Of a stretch of DNA of 64,000 nt, positions 10,126 to 19,646 are shown in pieces. The position numbers were made by a program, and so were the translations under genes. The stretch lies in NCBI GenBank assembly GCA_947259355.1, contig CAMYMF010000013.1, positions 874-64,873 of the forward strand, read 5' to 3'. Positions within the stretch are counted from its first letter, which is position 1; every line of letters begins with the position of its first letter. A model generated the notes under the pieces. That model saw nothing but the letters and a program-made list of their open reading frames with translations. It had not been told where the DNA came from and did not search any database. Origin of the DNA: an uncultured Nitrospirota bacterium. GTDB lineage: Bacteria; CG2-30-53-67.

Positions 10126-11070
10126 ATGCGGAAGCGAACGCCGGTGGATCTCAAGAAGGTCCGCACCCATGCGATCGGCACGCGAGAAAACAAGGTGGGC
10201 GTTGCCCAGTTTGGCCGTCCGAGCCGGAAGGGCGAGGGCTTTTCCAGCTTTCTCGACTCCCTGCCCGACATTCTCGCTGCGCAGGATTTCCGGGCCGTGG
10301 TGGACGCGGTGCTGCGGGCCCATCGCGCCGGCCGGCCCGTGGTGATGGCCATGGGGGGTCACGTCATCAAATGCGGACTTTCGCCCATCGTCATCGAGCT
10401 CATGGACCGCGGTGTGGTGAGCGCCGTGGCCATGAATGGCGCGGGCTCCATCCATGATTATGAGGTTTCCCTCATCGGCGGCAGCTCGGAAGACGTGGGT
10501 GAGGAGATTCGGAGCGGGCGTTTTGGCATGGCCCGCGAGACGGGCGAGGGGATTCTTACCGCCCTGACGCAGGGTACCGCCAAGGGATGGGGCTACGGCG
10601 AATCGCTGGGTCGCTTCATCCTGTCACAAAACCATCGGCACAAGGCGTTGAGTATTCTGGCCGCCGCCGCGCGGCACGGAGTCCCCGCCACCGTGCACGT
10701 TTCCATCGGCGCGGACATCATCCACATGCACCCGGGCATGGACGGCGCGCTCATGGGCGGGGCCACGTTTCACGATTTCAGACTTCTCTGCTCGGTCGTT
10801 TCCGATCTGGGAGGGGGCGGCGTCTTCATGAATGTGGGCTCCGCGGTACTGATTCCCGAGGTGTTTCTCAAAGCCATCAGCGTGGCGCGCAATCTGGGAC
10901 GGAAGGTCTCCGATTTCGTCACGGTGAATTTCGACATGATCCAGCATTACCGCCCCCGGGAAAACGTGGTCCGACGTCCGACGCTGAAACGCGGCACGGG
11001 ATATGCACTCACAGGCCATCACGAGATCATGATTCCCCTGCTGGCCCGCGCCATCCTGGAGAGACTATAG
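10126..11070 (+). CDS. Uncharacterised protein, deoxyhypusine-synthase-like fold suspected
   Basis: MGGHVIKCGLSPIVIELMDRGVVSAVAMNGAGSIHDYE and ...DLGGGGVFMNVGSAVLIPE resemble the two glycine-rich segments of DHS-family proteins as I recall them. Start could be TTG 10102 or ATG 10126. Confidence 0.45.
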   Translation: MRKRTPVDLKKVRTHAIGTRENKVGVAQFGRPSRKGEGFSSFLDSLPDILAAQDFRAVVDAVLRAHRAGRPVVMAMGGHVIKCGLSPIVIELMDRGVVSAVAMNGAGSIHDYEVSLIGGSSEDVGEEIRSGRFGMARETGEGILTALTQGTAKGWGYGESLGRFILSQNHRHKALSILAAAARHGVPATVHVSIGADIIHMHPGMDGALMGGATFHDFRLLCSVVSDLGGGGVFMNVGSAVLIPEVFLKAISVARNLGRKVSDFVTVNFDMIQHYRPRENVVRRPTLKRGTGYALTGHHEIMIPLLARAILERL

Positions 11071-11113
11071 CACGGGCTGCAGAGACCGGACGTCCCGTAA
11101 AGAGCGAGGTTGC

Positions 11114-12628
11114 ATGACCCACGACGAAATCCGAAAAATCCTTGGGACGGTCCGGAATCGAAAGGTCCTCGTCGTTGGGGATGTCATGGTCGACGAGTAC
11201 GTCTGGGGACGCATCGAGCGGATTTCGCCGGAGGCGCCCATTCAGGTGGTGGACGTGCAGTCCGAAAATGCACTGCTTGGCGGAGCGGCCAATGTTGCGG
11301 GCAATCTCATCGCGCTGAGCTCCCGGGTCTTGCTGGCCGGGGCGGTGGGCAGCGATGACAAGGGGGCCCTGCTCAAGACCCGGCTCCGGGAGGAGGGCGT
11401 GCGCATCCAGGGACTCGTCACCGATCCCAAGCGCCCGACCTCCGTGAAAACTCGGGTGATGGGTCAGCATCAGCAGCTCCTGCGGATCGACCGGGAGCAG
11501 CGCATCCCCTTGAGCGGGCGAGCCGAGGCCCGTCTGATCAACTACGTGCGCAAGCAGATCCCGTTGTGCGACGGGGTGATCCTCTCGGATTACGGCAAAG
11601 GAGTTCTGACCGATGGGGTCCTGGCGGAAACCCTTGCCGAGGCCCGTCGCTGCCGTAAGATCGTCGTGGCCGACCCCAAGCGAAAGGACCTGCGGCATTA
11701 CCGGGGCGTGACTTGTCTCACCCCCAACCGCAAGGAGGCCTCCGAGGCCCTGGGCCTGCCGCTGGAGAATCCCGAGCAGATCCATCGGGCTGCCAGAGAA
11801 CTGCAGCGACTTCTGAAGAGCCCGGCCTGCCTGATCACCCTGGGGAAAGACGGCATGGCCCTTCTGGATCGGGACGCATTCATCCTGATTCCCACGGTCG
11901 CCAGGGAGGTCTTTGACGTCAGCGGGGCGGGCGATACAGTGATTGCCGTCTTCACCCTGGTGGCCGCGGCCGGCCATGACTTTACGACGGCGGCCCACGT
12001 GGCCAACACCGCTGCAGGCATTGTGGTCGGTAAGGTAGGGGCGGCGAGGGTCTCGCCGCAGGAAGTGATGGCCTACCATGGGGAGCTCCTCTCCCCGGGC
12101 GACGGCAAGATCCTGGAGGCCGCGGAGCTGCGCGACCGGGTGCGGCTCCTACAGGGAGATGGCAAACGGGTTGTCTTCACAAACGGCTGTTTCGACCTGC
12201 TGCACGTCGGTCACATTCAATACCTCCAGGCGGCCCGACGACTGGGGGACTGCCTGATCGTGGGGCTGAACAGCGATGCGTCGGTGCGCCGGCTGAAGGG
12301 CAAACGGCGGCCGCTGATCTCGGAGGAAGAACGGTCCCATATCCTTGCTGCCCTGGACTGTGTCGATTACCTGACCGTTTTCAATGAAAGCACACCGATG
12401 AAGCTGATTCGGACTCTCCGTCCGAACATCCTGGTCAAAGGGAGGGACTATCGCAAGCAGGAGGTCGTGGGCGCGGATTTCGTCGAATCCTACGGCGGCC
12501 AAGTGGCCCTTGTGCCGGTGGTACAGGGAAAGTCGACTTCTGAGATCGTGCAACGCATCGTCCAGCGATACGGGGAGCCGCGCGAAAAGCGCGACACCAC
12601 CCGCCTGCGAAAGGGTGAATCATCATGA
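11114..12628 (+). CDS. hldE: Bifunctional D-beta-D-heptose 7-phosphate kinase / heptose 1-phosphate adenylyltransferase
   Basis: N-terminal ribokinase-like half (VLVVGDVMVDEYVWG...SPEAPI, DVSGAGDT). C-terminal cytidylyltransferase half (VVFTNGCFDLLHVGHIQYL). Confidence 0.9.
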   Translation: MTHDEIRKILGTVRNRKVLVVGDVMVDEYVWGRIERISPEAPIQVVDVQSENALLGGAANVAGNLIALSSRVLLAGAVGSDDKGALLKTRLREEGVRIQGLVTDPKRPTSVKTRVMGQHQQLLRIDREQRIPLSGRAEARLINYVRKQIPLCDGVILSDYGKGVLTDGVLAETLAEARRCRKIVVADPKRKDLRHYRGVTCLTPNRKEASEALGLPLENPEQIHRAARELQRLLKSPACLITLGKDGMALLDRDAFILIPTVAREVFDVSGAGDTVIAVFTLVAAAGHDFTTAAHVANTAAGIVVGKVGAARVSPQEVMAYHGELLSPGDGKILEAAELRDRVRLLQGDGKRVVFTNGCFDLLHVGHIQYLQAARRLGDCLIVGLNSDASVRRLKGKRRPLISEEERSHILAALDCVDYLTVFNESTPMKLIRTLRPNILVKGRDYRKQEVVGADFVESYGGQVALVPVVQGKSTSEIVQRIVQRYGEPREKRDTTRLRKGESS

Positions 12629-13623
12629 ACCACGACAAGAAAGAGTCATCGCCCCCCCGGCTCGGTGTCGTCGGCGTCGGCTACCTGGGCCGGCATCATG
12701 CCCGGATCTACGCCGACATGGAGGGGGTAAAGCTCGCGGGCGTGGTCGACGTGGATGAAGATCGCGCCGCCAAGATCGGCGGCAAATATGGCGTCCCGCA
12801 CTATGTAGATTATCGTGACCTCCTCTCTGGGATCGATGCCGTCAGCATCGCCTCACCGACGGTCACTCACTTTGAGATTGCCCGGGATTTTCTGCAGCAT
12901 GGCATCGACGTGCTGGTGGAGAAACCGATCACGGCGACGCTACCCCAGGCGGAGGAGCTGGTCCGCATGGCCGGCATGCACCAGCGCATTCTGCAAGTGG
13001 GCCACATCGAGCGCTTTAACGGAGCCGTCCGTGAACTGGCCCGGCTGGTACGCAACCCCGGGTTCATCGAGGTCCATCGCCTGGGCGTGTTCGTCGATCG
13101 CGCCACCGATGTGGACGTCATCCTGGATCTGATGATACACGATATTGACATCATCCTCAGCTTGGTCCGTTCACCCGTCCGGGAGATCCGCGCCAACGGT
13201 GTCGCCGTCATCACGCCCAATGTGGACATCGCGAATGCGAGGTTGGCGTTTGAAAACGGCTGTGTGGCCAACGTGACCGCCAGCCGCGTGTCGGCAAGGC
13301 CGCAGCGCAAGATGCGCTTCTTTCAGCCCGACACCTATATCTCCCTGGACTTCCAGGCCCAGACCGTCGAGTGTTATCGTCGCGTGGGCGATCCCCGGGG
13401 CTACCTCAGCGGCCAAATGCCGAAGATCGTCCGGGAGGAAGTCGCCATTCCCAAGGAGGAGCCCCTGAAGGTAGAGCTGTCCGCTTTCGTGGAAGCCGTC
13501 CAAGATCGCCTGCGGCCCATTGTCGGTGGAGAGGAGGGGCTCAACGCACTGCAGGTCGCCACCGACATCCTTGCTGAGATCGGCGAGGGCCCCACGGCCA
13601 GCGGACAGGCTTCTGCATCATGA
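12625..13623 (+). CDS. Gfo/Idh/MocA family NAD(P)-dependent oxidoreductase
   Basis: Rossmann N-terminus LGVVGVGYLGRHHA and the EKP motif (VLVEKPI). ATGA overlaps with hldE (upstream) and lpxB (downstream). Confidence 0.8.
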   Translation: MNHDKKESSPPRLGVVGVGYLGRHHARIYADMEGVKLAGVVDVDEDRAAKIGGKYGVPHYVDYRDLLSGIDAVSIASPTVTHFEIARDFLQHGIDVLVEKPITATLPQAEELVRMAGMHQRILQVGHIERFNGAVRELARLVRNPGFIEVHRLGVFVDRATDVDVILDLMIHDIDIILSLVRSPVREIRANGVAVITPNVDIANARLAFENGCVANVTASRVSARPQRKMRFFQPDTYISLDFQAQTVECYRRVGDPRGYLSGQMPKIVREEVAIPKEEPLKVELSAFVEAVQDRLRPIVGGEEGLNALQVATDILAEIGEGPTASGQASAS

Positions 13624-14756
13624 GTGCAAAGCGAATCATGATCATCGTCGGCGAAGCCTCGGGCGATCTGCACGCAGCCAACCTCGTCCGGGAGATCGCC
13701 AAGAAAGATGCCGACGTGCGCTTCGTCGGCATCGGCGGAACCCGGATGCAGGCAGCCGGCGTGGCGCTCATCTTTGACAACCACGCCATTGCAGTCACCG
13801 GCTTTTCAGAAGTTCTTTCGAAGGCGTGGCAAATCCTGAAGGCGCACCGCGCGGTCAAGAAAACGTTGCGGCAAGAACATCCTGACCTCCTGATCCTCGT
13901 CGATTTCCCGGACTTCAACCTGCGGGTGGGCGCGGTGGCGAAGAAGCTGGGCATTCCCATTCTCTATTACATCAGTCCCCAAGTCTGGGCCTGGCGGAAG
14001 CAGCGGGTGCATCAGATCCGAGAGCTGGTGGAGAAAATCTTGGTCATTCTTCCCTTCGAGGAAGCACTCTACGGCAACAAGGGGATCTTCGTGGGGCATC
14101 CGCTGCTCGATGCCGTTCGGCCAACGCTCTCGCCGTCAGAGGCGCGGGAGCATTTCGGGCTCGCGCCGGAGGAGCGTGTGGTCACCCTGCTGCCTGGCAG
14201 CCGCAGCAATGAGATCCGATCGCTGCTGCCCGTCATGCTGGAGGCCGTGGCGCAAATCCGAAAAGAGGTCCCGCCGGTGCGGTTTCTGCTGCCCATCGCC
14301 CCCACCCTTACGGAGAGGGAGGTGACGGCCATCACCGGGCGTGCGCCGGTACCCATCGAGACCTTCCCCGGTCAGGTCTACGAGGCCCTGTCCGTGTCGG
14401 ATTTCGCCATCGTCGCCTCGGGAACGGCCACACTGGAAACGGCGTACTTCGGCGTTCCCATGGTCATTCTCTACCGCATGTCCGCGTTGACGTACTTTCT
14501 GGCCAAACGCCTGGTCCGCATCCCTTACATCGGGCTGATCAATATGGTCGCGGGGGAAGGGATCGTGCCCGAGCTGATCCAGGATGCCGTCACGCCCCGG
14601 CGGATTGTCGCGGAGGCATTGCAGTGCCTGCAGGATCCTGAACATGCCCGACGGATTTCGACGAGATTGAAGACCGCCATGGCGACGCTCGGTGAACCGG
14701 GCGCATCGGCCCGGGCCGCGGGCATTGTGTTGAACGTGATCGGAGAGACCGCATGA
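13620..14756 (+). CDS. lpxB: Lipid-A-disaccharide synthase LpxB
   Basis: IMIIVGEASGDLHAANL...YYISPQVWAWR, typical LpxB motifs. Confidence 0.9.
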   Translation: MSAKRIMIIVGEASGDLHAANLVREIAKKDADVRFVGIGGTRMQAAGVALIFDNHAIAVTGFSEVLSKAWQILKAHRAVKKTLRQEHPDLLILVDFPDFNLRVGAVAKKLGIPILYYISPQVWAWRKQRVHQIRELVEKILVILPFEEALYGNKGIFVGHPLLDAVRPTLSPSEAREHFGLAPEERVVTLLPGSRSNEIRSLLPVMLEAVAQIRKEVPPVRFLLPIAPTLTEREVTAITGRAPVPIETFPGQVYEALSVSDFAIVASGTATLETAYFGVPMVILYRMSALTYFLAKRLVRIPYIGLINMVAGEGIVPELIQDAVTPRRIVAEALQCLQDPEHARRISTRLKTAMATLGEPGASARAAGIVLNVIGETA

Positions 14757-16501
14757 AGACCTACCGACGCCTGCTCGGCTTCATGGCGCGCTACAAAGGG
14801 TATTTCTTCCTCTCCTTTCTCTGCATGGCGGGGGTGTCCCTGGCGAAGGGGGCGCTGGCATGGGTGGCCGGCCCGCTGGCCCAGGGAATCTTTCTCTCGA
14901 AAAAGACATCCATCCTTGCGATCATGCCGGCGGTCATCCTGGCCGTCTACCTTGCCCGAGGCCTGAGCATGTTCGGGCAGGCCTACTTCATGGCTCTCGT
15001 CTCCCAGCGTACGATCCGTGACCTGCAGAACCACGTCTACGAACATCTCCTGCGGATGTCGCTCTCCTTTTTTGTCCGTAATCCGACGGGGGTTCTCATG
15101 TCGCGCATCACCAATGATGTCGGTCTCGTGCAGCAGTCAGTGTCCAAGGCCCTCTCCAGCCTGATCATGGAGAGCATGACCATCGTGGTCCTCCTAACGA
15201 TTGCCGTGGTCAAGGACCCCATGATCACCCTCATCTTCGTGGTGGTGCTGCCGCTCTCCACCATCCCGGTGGTCCGCTTCGGCCGAAAACTTCGAAAGAT
15301 CAGCACCAAGACCCAGGTGAACTTCGGATTGATCAGCTCTTTCCTACACGAAACCATCACAGGCATGCGGATCGTCAAGGCCTTCGGAATGGAGAAGTAC
15401 GAAAACCGCCGCTTTCGCGACCGGAGCCAGCGGCTCTACAAGACCCGACTCAAGTCAGACGTGGTGCGGGGCGTCTCTGAACCGGTCATGGATCTGATCG
15501 AAGGCATCGGCGTCGCGCTGGTCATCTACATTGGAGGCTCGGGCGTCATCCAAGGGCAGATCGACTTCGCGGAGTTTACCACCCTCATGGCCGCCATCAT
15601 CATGATGTACGCGCCGGTCAAGAAACTGAGCAAGGTGCACTACATGATCCAGGAGGGAATGGCTGCGGCGGACCGGATCTTTCATCTGGTGGACCAGGTA
15701 CCGGACATTGTGGACAGACCCGATGCCACGGATCTGCCGCGGGTGGCGCGGGGGGTCACCTTTGAAGACGTCTACTTCCGTTACGAAGACAAGATGGTCA
15801 TCCAGGGCGTCTCTGTCGCGGTAAAGACCGGCGAGGTCGTCGCCCTCGTTGGGCCGAGTGGGGGGGGCAAGACGACCCTGCTCAATTTGATTCCGAGATT
15901 CTATGAAGTGACGGAGGGCGCCATTCGGATCGACGGACACGACATCCGGGACGTGAGCCTGGCCTCCCTGCGGCGCCAGATCGCCATTGTCAGTCAGGAA
16001 ACAGTCCTTTTCAACGACACGGTACGCAACAACATCGCTTACGGCCTGGAGGAGATCCCCGACGCAAAGATCGTTGCAGCCGCGCAGGCCGCCAACGCCC
16101 ATGCTTTCATCAAAGAACTGCCACAGGGGTATGACACCGAAATCGGCGAGAGTGGTTTGACGCTCTCTGGCGGACAGCGCCAGCGGCTCTCCATTGCCCG
16201 GGCCCTTCTCAAAGATGCCCCCATTCTCATTCTCGATGAAGCCACCTCCGCGCTCGACACGGAATCGGAGCGGATTGTCCAGGAGGCCATCAATCGACTG
16301 ATGCAGGGCAGAACCACCTTCGTCATCGCCCACCGCCTCTCGACCATCCTCGACGCCGATCGGATTCTGGTCATTCAGGACGGTCGCATCGTCGAGAGTG
16401 GCCATCACGCCGCACTGATAGAGCAAGACGGGCTCTACAAGCAACTCTATGACAGACAGTTCGGGGACGCGCCGGCGCCTGTCGAGGGTCATTCCGGATG
16501 A
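14753..16501 (+). CDS. msbA: ABC transporter permease/ATPase, lipid A flippase MsbA type
   Basis: Six-TM domain plus NBD with Walker A GPSGGGKTT, signature LSGGQRQR and Walker B ILILDEATSALD. Sits in a lipid A operon. Confidence 0.85.
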   Translation: MKTYRRLLGFMARYKGYFFLSFLCMAGVSLAKGALAWVAGPLAQGIFLSKKTSILAIMPAVILAVYLARGLSMFGQAYFMALVSQRTIRDLQNHVYEHLLRMSLSFFVRNPTGVLMSRITNDVGLVQQSVSKALSSLIMESMTIVVLLTIAVVKDPMITLIFVVVLPLSTIPVVRFGRKLRKISTKTQVNFGLISSFLHETITGMRIVKAFGMEKYENRRFRDRSQRLYKTRLKSDVVRGVSEPVMDLIEGIGVALVIYIGGSGVIQGQIDFAEFTTLMAAIIMMYAPVKKLSKVHYMIQEGMAAADRIFHLVDQVPDIVDRPDATDLPRVARGVTFEDVYFRYEDKMVIQGVSVAVKTGEVVALVGPSGGGKTTLLNLIPRFYEVTEGAIRIDGHDIRDVSLASLRRQIAIVSQETVLFNDTVRNNIAYGLEEIPDAKIVAAAQAANAHAFIKELPQGYDTEIGESGLTLSGGQRQRLSIARALLKDAPILILDEATSALDTESERIVQEAINRLMQGRTTFVIAHRLSTILDADRILVIQDGRIVESGHHAALIEQDGLYKQLYDRQFGDAPAPVEGHSG

Positions 16502-17154
16502 GTCTCCAGAGGATGGTGGATGTTCTGCTCCCCCCCGTAGCTTCCCTGCTGATCAAACTGGTCGCGCTCACCCTGAAACTGGAAATGGTGGGGCGGGAGC
16601 ATCTGGAGCGGCTCCGGAAGGAGAAACAATCCGTTCTCTTCGCGTTCTGGCATAATCGGCTCCTCTACGTCTGTTATTTCCTGCGCGGGGAGAACCTGAC
16701 GATGATGATCAGTCAGAGCCGGGACGGAGAACTCATCGCGCGCGTCGCCCGTCATTTCGGCATCGCCTCCATCCGCGGCTCATCGTCCAAGGGCGGATTG
16801 CGGGCCGTGGCCGACCTGGCGGGGATCCTGACGCAAGGCGGAAACGGAGGCATTACGCCGGACGGCCCCCGAGGTCCCAAGTATAAGGTGCAGATCGGCG
16901 CCCTGCTCGCAGCGAAGAAGGCGGCGGTCCCGATCCTCCCGGTCTCCATCAGTTTCAACCGCCAGAAGATTTTCAACAGCTGGGACCGCTTTCGCTTTCC
17001 GCTGCCCTTTGCCCGGGCTGCTCTGGTATTCGGAGACCCCTTTGTCGTGCCGAACAACGCGCGGGGCGAAGCACTGGAACGGCTCCGGGGCGAGTTGGAA
17101 GGCCGGCTGAAGCAGGTCACCGAGCAGTCCGATCGCTACTTCGACAGTGATTGA
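16498..17154 (+). CDS. DUF374 (lysophospholipid-acyltransferase-like) protein
   Basis: FWHNRLL...SQSRDGELIA...IRGSSSKGG...TPDGPRGP...SWDRFRFPLPF pattern. Commonly adjacent to or fused with waaA. Confidence 0.75.
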   Translation: MSLQRMVDVLLPPVASLLIKLVALTLKLEMVGREHLERLRKEKQSVLFAFWHNRLLYVCYFLRGENLTMMISQSRDGELIARVARHFGIASIRGSSSKGGLRAVADLAGILTQGGNGGITPDGPRGPKYKVQIGALLAAKKAAVPILPVSISFNRQKIFNSWDRFRFPLPFARAALVFGDPFVVPNNARGEALERLRGELEGRLKQVTEQSDRYFDSD

Positions 17155-18461
17155 ACGATTCTTCTGAGCAGGGAAACCGCGACGTGTTCTTCGTCTACAA
17201 CATCCTGATCACCCTCCTGGCTGTGGCAGCGTTGCCCTGGTTTCTCGTCAAACTTGTTACCACCGCAAAATACCGACAGGGAGTGGGGCAACGTCTCGGG
17301 TTTCTTCCCGTGCCCCTGCTGCAGCCCATCGCGGGATCCAAACCGATCTGGGTGCATGCCGTGTCCGTTGGTGAAACGATCGCCGCGGCCTCGCTGATCC
17401 GGGAATTGCGTCGCCAGTACCCTGCTCGCAAAATCGTTCTGAGCACTGTCACTGCGACGGGTAACCGAACGGCCCGGACGCAGGTCCCCGATGCCGATAC
17501 CGTGATCTTCTTCCCATTCGATCTGCCCGGCGTCGTCCATCGGGTTCTCCGGAAGATCAACCCCGTCCTCTTCATTCTAATTGAGACGGAGATCTGGCCC
17601 AACTGCATTCGGCTGCTGCACAGGCGCGGTGTGCCGATCCTCATTGTCAACGGCCGTATCTCAAAGAGTTCTTATCGGGGCTATCGGCGTATTCGCTTCA
17701 TGATGAAACGGGTGCTGCCTCGCATCAGCGCCTTTCTCATGCAGACCGAGGAGGACGCGCAACGGATCATCGCCCTCGGCGCACCCCCGGCCCATGTCCA
17801 GAACGCAGGCAATATCAAGTTCGACCGGCACGTGCTCCCCCTGGGGGAGATGGAGCAGCTGGCCATTCGACGGGACTATTTTCTACCGGAGGAAGGTCCT
17901 ATCCTGATTGCCGGGAGCACTCATGACGGTGAAGAGGGTCCTCTCATGGAGAGTTATCTGCAACTCAGACACACCTACCCCGATCTGGTCTTCATCCTGG
18001 CGCCGAGACACCCCGAGCGGGCTGTGGAGGTGGAAGCGCTTCTTCAAGCCCGGGGGCTCACCTACCAGAAGCGGAGCCGCCCTCAGGCCGGTCGGGCGGT
18101 TCTGCTCCTCGATACGGTCGGTGAGCTCATGCGGCTCTACGGCATCGGCACCGTGGCCTTCGTCGGCGGCAGCCTCGTCGCCGCAGGCGGACACAATATC
18201 CTGGAACCGGCCATCTACGGTGTGCCCGTGGTATTCGGACCCCATATGGAGAACTTTCCCGAAATCACGGAGGTCATGATCGATCACGGTGCAGGCCTGC
18301 AGGTGAAAAAGGCTGAGGGGCTGAGCGCCGCCGTTGGGGAACTGCTGGGAAACGATACCCGGCGCCAGGCCATGGGAGACGCTGGCATGGCGGTCATCCG
18401 GAACAATCAGGGGGCCCTGGAAAGAAATCTTGCCGTGGTGGGCGAGTTGCTGATGGAGTAG
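17151..18461 (+). CDS. waaA: 3-deoxy-D-manno-octulosonic acid (Kdo) transferase
   Basis: N-terminal TM helix, WVHAVSVGE motif and GGSL...GGHNILEPA C-terminal motif. TTG start overlaps the DUF374 stop. Confidence 0.85.
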   Translation: MNDSSEQGNRDVFFVYNILITLLAVAALPWFLVKLVTTAKYRQGVGQRLGFLPVPLLQPIAGSKPIWVHAVSVGETIAAASLIRELRRQYPARKIVLSTVTATGNRTARTQVPDADTVIFFPFDLPGVVHRVLRKINPVLFILIETEIWPNCIRLLHRRGVPILIVNGRISKSSYRGYRRIRFMMKRVLPRISAFLMQTEEDAQRIIALGAPPAHVQNAGNIKFDRHVLPLGEMEQLAIRRDYFLPEEGPILIAGSTHDGEEGPLMESYLQLRHTYPDLVFILAPRHPERAVEVEALLQARGLTYQKRSRPQAGRAVLLLDTVGELMRLYGIGTVAFVGGSLVAAGGHNILEPAIYGVPVVFGPHMENFPEITEVMIDHGAGLQVKKAEGLSAAVGELLGNDTRRQAMGDAGMAVIRNNQGALERNLAVVGELLME

Positions 18462-18518
18462 GACCCGATGTCATGCGAGCCCGTTCGCCGAAAACGTCTC
18501 GATCCCGAGCATCCGAGC

Positions 18519-19556
18519 ATGAAGAAGCTTCAGGCCTTTCTCGTTCCGCTCTCCCCGCTGTATGGCCGTGTCATGGCGCTTCGGGCCGCGCTCTACGCCG
18601 GCGGCTGGCTGACATCTCGGCGCCTGCGCCGTCCCGTGGTCTGCGTCGGGAACCTCACCACCGGCGGCAGCGGCAAAACGCCCCTGGTCATCAAGATTGC
18701 CGTTGAGCTCTCCCGGCACGGACTCCGCCCGGTTATTGTCAGCCGTGGTTATGGGAGGGCGAGCGAGGCAACGGTGCACGTTGTCGCCGACACGGATGCG
18801 GTCTTGCTCGACCCTCAGGAGGCCGGTGACGAGCCTTATCTGATGGCGCAAAAGCTCCCGGGCACGCCTGTGGTGGTCGGCAGCGATCGGTTCGCCGCAG
18901 GACAGGAAGCCCTGCGGCGTTTTGACAGCGACGTGCTGATCATGGACGACGGCTTTCAGCATCTGCGGCTGCGCCGGGATGCAGATATTCTGCTCCTCGA
19001 TGGGACTGAATTTCGCACAGAAGCACGGTGCCTCCCGGGCGGGAACCTGCGGGAGGGACCTGCGGCCGCGGAGCGGGCGGATCTGATCGTCCTCACCTGC
19101 AACCCCTCGCGCGAAACCACAGAGGCCCTTCACCGGTGGGCGCCGCAGGTCCCCGTCCACCGAGCCCGATTCAACACCCCTTTTGTACACAGCCTCCCCG
19201 ACGGCGAACGAAGTCCTGCCGCTATCCTGCAAGGAAAAATCGTAGCTGCCTTTGCAGGCATCGCCCGACCGCAGCGCTTCTTCGCAAGTCTGCAGCAAAT
19301 CGGCGCACGTGTAGCTCTCACCAGATCCTTCCCGGACCACCACGCCTACAGACCGGCCGAGTTGGATACGCTGCAGCGCGACGCGCAAAACGCGAGGGCC
19401 CAATTTCTGGTCACCTCTGAAAAAGACGCCGTCCGTCTCCCCCACTGGCAACCGCCGATGCCACTGCTCGCACTGGAACTCTCGGTCACCCTCGACGATG
19501 AGGATCACTTCCTGAGCCGACTGATTGGGCTGATCCGCGGCGGCACCGTCCGTTGA
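18519..19556 (+). CDS. lpxK: Tetraacyldisaccharide 4'-kinase LpxK
   Basis: Start chosen at MKKLQAFL.... P-loop VGNLTTGGSGKTP. DDGFQH motif. Confidence 0.85.
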   Translation: MKKLQAFLVPLSPLYGRVMALRAALYAGGWLTSRRLRRPVVCVGNLTTGGSGKTPLVIKIAVELSRHGLRPVIVSRGYGRASEATVHVVADTDAVLLDPQEAGDEPYLMAQKLPGTPVVVGSDRFAAGQEALRRFDSDVLIMDDGFQHLRLRRDADILLLDGTEFRTEARCLPGGNLREGPAAAERADLIVLTCNPSRETTEALHRWAPQVPVHRARFNTPFVHSLPDGERSPAAILQGKIVAAFAGIARPQRFFASLQQIGARVALTRSFPDHHAYRPAELDTLQRDAQNARAQFLVTSEKDAVRLPHWQPPMPLLALELSVTLDDEDHFLSRLIGLIRGGTVR

Positions 19557-19646
19557 CATTGTGGCCGCTCGATTTTTCTATTCCATTGCACCCGTGGTTC
19601 CGCTATAGTGAGCGTCTGATCGCACACCCAGCATCGCGAGGCATGG

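Noticed and set aside
11027-12079. Other long antisense ORFs: 11027-12079, 15455-16492, 22612-23607, 32537-33718, 37861-38823, 39002-40027, 45299-46144, 49584-50177
   Set aside because: Each is opposite a gene with strong family motifs (hldE, msbA, the GT2/membrane protein pair, histidine kinase, cobA-hemD, hemB, pgi, FG-GAP). None shows motifs of its own.
18471-19559. 362-aa minus-strand ORF, an exact mirror of lpxK
   Set aside because: The plus-strand frame has the LpxK P-loop and DDGFQH motifs and operon context. The antisense product has no motifs and is a GC-skewed artefact.
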